From Anthoceros angustus (lineage: Eukaryota; Plantae; Anthocerotophyta): DNA of 64,000 nt. This document shows, piece after piece, positions 61,243 through 64,000 of the stretch. Within the stretch, counting starts at the first letter, position 1. Each line of letters starts with the position of its first letter. The stretch is taken from assembly GCA_010909165.1 (NCBI GenBank), contig MU008163.1:1922001-1986000 (forward strand). Reading direction: 5' to 3'. The notes beneath the pieces are model-generated. The model did no database searches. It was not told where the DNA came from and saw only the letters and a list, made by a program, of their open reading frames with translations. Made by a program: the position numbers and the translations under genes.

Positions 61243-64000
61243 ATGTCAAAGCACTGCCGAGCAGCCGGTCTCGGAGGCCTTCTCGTTTGTCTTGTATTCA
61301 TCTCTGTGTGCCAGGGGAGTCCAGATTCCCCCTTCGTTCCTTCACCACACAGGCCATGGAGAATGCACACTCTCTTCTCCACCGAATGCCAGCTGTACTT
61401 CGACTGGCAGACTGTGGGTCTGATGCACAGTTTGAGGAAGAGTGGGCACCCGGGGCCCGTCACCCGCCTGCTCAGCTGTACTGACGACGCGCTGGTGACC
61501 TACGAGGGCATGGATCTGGCACCGACGGTTGTTGTGCCGTCCATGAGTTTCGATCCTGTCACAAAGGATTGGTGGGATGTCCTTCATTTTGGCTCTTCTT
61601 CTGAAATGGCAGCTGCCCTCGAGTCCGGGGTTTTGAGTGATTTGTGGGTTCTGGCCTCCTTACAGGTACCCAGCAATCAACAAGCCAGCAGGGGTTGTTC
61701 ACTGGCTCAATCACAGTCCAGATGCAGAGAATGTGGATTGGGTGCTTATATTGGATGCCGACATGGTTGTAAGGGCACCCATTCTTCCCTGGGAAGTTGG
61801 TGCTGAGATTGGTAGACCTGCATCAGCATCTTATGGGTATGTCAAGGCTTGACCAACTTGGAACTGTGTTCAAGCCGGCAATTTTTTCTACAGTCGTGTT
61901 GATGCTTGGGCCTGTGATGACGCAGGTACCTCATAGGCTGTGACAATGAGCTGGCGACGTTGCACACCAAGCATCCGGAATTGTGTGACAAAGTGGGTGG
62001 GTTTATCATGATGCATGTCTCTGATCTGAGAAGAATGGCCCCACTTTGGCTCTCAAAGACCCAAGAGGTTCGGGCTGACAAAGCTCACTGGCGAACGAAC
62101 ATTACTGGAGACATCTACGAAAAGGGGTGGATCAGTGAAATGTATGGCTACTCCTTTGGAGCTGCAGAGGTATGCTGCGTGTTCCTTTGATTTGTTGAGT
62201 TGCCTGAGCTGAGTTTGCAAAGCTGTTAATGTTGACCTTTCCTTGTGCAATTGCAGGCTAACGTACCAGTGTCAGATCTTTGGGAATGCTGATTCTAACC
62301 TACCATGTCACCAGGTTGGTCTTCGTCACAAGGTCAATAATACGTTGATGATATATCCTGGGTACACTCCTACGGATGGAGTGGAACCTCAACTGTTTCA
62401 CTATGGCTTGAGGTTTGATGTGGGGGAGTGGCATTTCAGCAAACTAGAGTACCATGAAGACAACATTGTCTACGACTGTAACCGTTTATTTCCTCCTCCG
62501 CCCTTCCCTGAGCAGGTGAGAATGTGTAATTTGCTTATCAGATGTGTCAACAGAAGTGTCAATCAAGCTCTTGATGACTTCTGTTGCAACAACTTGCGCA
62601 GGTGATTGCCATGGAGTCTGATTTCAGAAAACGCCGGGCTTTGCTTCTCAGCGTTGAGTGTGTCAATACCATCAATGAAGGGTTGATCCTGGTGCACAGA
62701 CGTCGTGGTTGTCCGACACCCAAGAAGTCTCCCTACCTGACGTTTCTAGCAGAGGACCTATTACAGAAGAGCTCAGTGTTTGTAACAGAGGTAGGAGATC
62801 TCCAGTTGGCTGAAGATGGAGGCATGGAAAATGCTGGTGACGGTAAGGGCTCACACACAGCAGAAGTTCAGCGGCTTCCATCCACAACTCAGAACAATCA
62901 GACGAATGGTGCTAAGTCGGATATGAAACAAGACAAGAAACCCTCTGCAAATGTTCCTCGTCCCAAGATTCACACGTTGTTTTCTGTCGAGTGCTCAATG
63001 TACTTTGACTGGCAGACAGTAGGGATGGTGCACAGCTTTACTCTGAGTAGGCAACCTGGACCACTTACACGGTTGCTTAGCTGCACGGAGGAGGATCTCA
63101 AGACGTACAAGGGTATTGACCTAGCTGCCACACATGTTGTTCCATCCATGAGCAGGCACCCACTAACCGGCGACTGGTAATCTCTAGGTCTAGGCTTCGC
63201 TTTGTTGTCCTTGCCTCCTCTATGCAACGTTAACACCCTTCCTGCCTTAACTCTTTTCAATTTCTGCTGCAGGTATCCTGCTATCAATAAGCCCGCTGCT
63301 GTTGTTCATTGGCTAAATCACGTCGAGACGGATGCCGAGTACATTGTGATTCTTGATGCTGACATGATTCTCCGTGGGCCGATAACACCATGGGAATTAG
63401 GTGCTGCACCTGGCCACCCTGTCTCAGCTCCATACGAGTAAAATTTCTCAGCCCTATTTATCCATTTACCCTCGCTGTGGTCACTAGCATTGAAGGTGGG
63501 GTGCAATTCATGATCTCGTCTTCCTTGTGCATGCTGGTGGTCGCAGTTATCTTATCGGTTGTGACAATGAACTGGCGAAGCTTCATACAAGATATCCAAA
63601 GGCATGTCAGAAAGTGGGTGGGGTCATCGTGATGCACATCGATGATCTCCGGATATTTGCTCCACTCTGGCTTCACAAGACCGAGGAGGTTCGTGCCGAC
63701 AGGGCACACTGGAGGACAAACCTTACTGGGGACATTTATGGGGAAGGTTGGATCAGTGAAATGTACGGTTATGTCTTCGGTGCTGCAGAGGTGAGGAGCA
63801 TTTCTGCACAACACCGTGTTAGCTGCGTCAGGTGTCCTGCCTTTTGTTTGGTTTCATGATCTGGTCTGTTATGCACTGACAGGTGAAACTGAAGCACATT
63901 ATAAACCAAGACATCATGCTATATCCAGGTTACGTTCCTAGTCCTGGTGTAGAACCCCGTGTGCTCCACTACGGGCTGGAGTGGAAAATTGGCAACTGGT
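61243..64000 (+). CDS. SERGT1: Peptidyl serine alpha-galactosyltransferase (GT96), multi-exon, truncated by window end
   Basis: Signal/anchor peptide, then two tandem domains each with HTLFS.EC..YFDWQTVG, DW|YPAINKP, ILDADM, YLIGCDNELA and GWISEMYGY.FGAAE. Confidence 0.92.

Overview
Gene-dense land-plant nuclear DNA with short (~100 nt) GT-AG introns, most consistent with a seed-free plant such as a hornwort (inference). Recognisable genes: UTP4/PCN WD40 protein (6.4-10.5 kb), an IRKI/GIL1-type protein (12.8-14.3 kb), a PLS-class PPR gene of ~30 motifs without E/DYW (19.3-22.5 kb, minus), a small conserved plant protein (49.2-49.6 kb, minus), CABIN1 (50.1-59.6 kb) and SERGT1 (61.2 kb to the window end). 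Two things stand out that the ORF track misses. (1) The ~23-kb tandem repeat at 23.4-46.3 kb (8 units of ~2.8-3.1 kb) appears to be an array of eight secreted-protein genes. Each has a TATA box, a signal peptide, 4-7 copies of a ~40-aa Pro/Ser-rich module containing ND-V[L/P]MY and KVVPDGP, and a short tail. Every copy is frameshifted by what look like long-read errors, so the protein is reconstructed from the cross-copy consensus. A ninth decayed inverted copy lies on the other side of the PPR gene, and seven units carry a captured 3' piece of the neighbouring gene. (2) A 1.8-kb ORF1-only LINE derivative with a (TTG)n tail sits in the D-loop of a tRNA-Ala(AGC) gene with a TGGTAGA duplication; rejoining the flanks gives exactly 73 nt. 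Also present: two MITEs with shared termini, a deleted pogo-like transposon, and four in-frame tandem splice acceptors in CABIN1.
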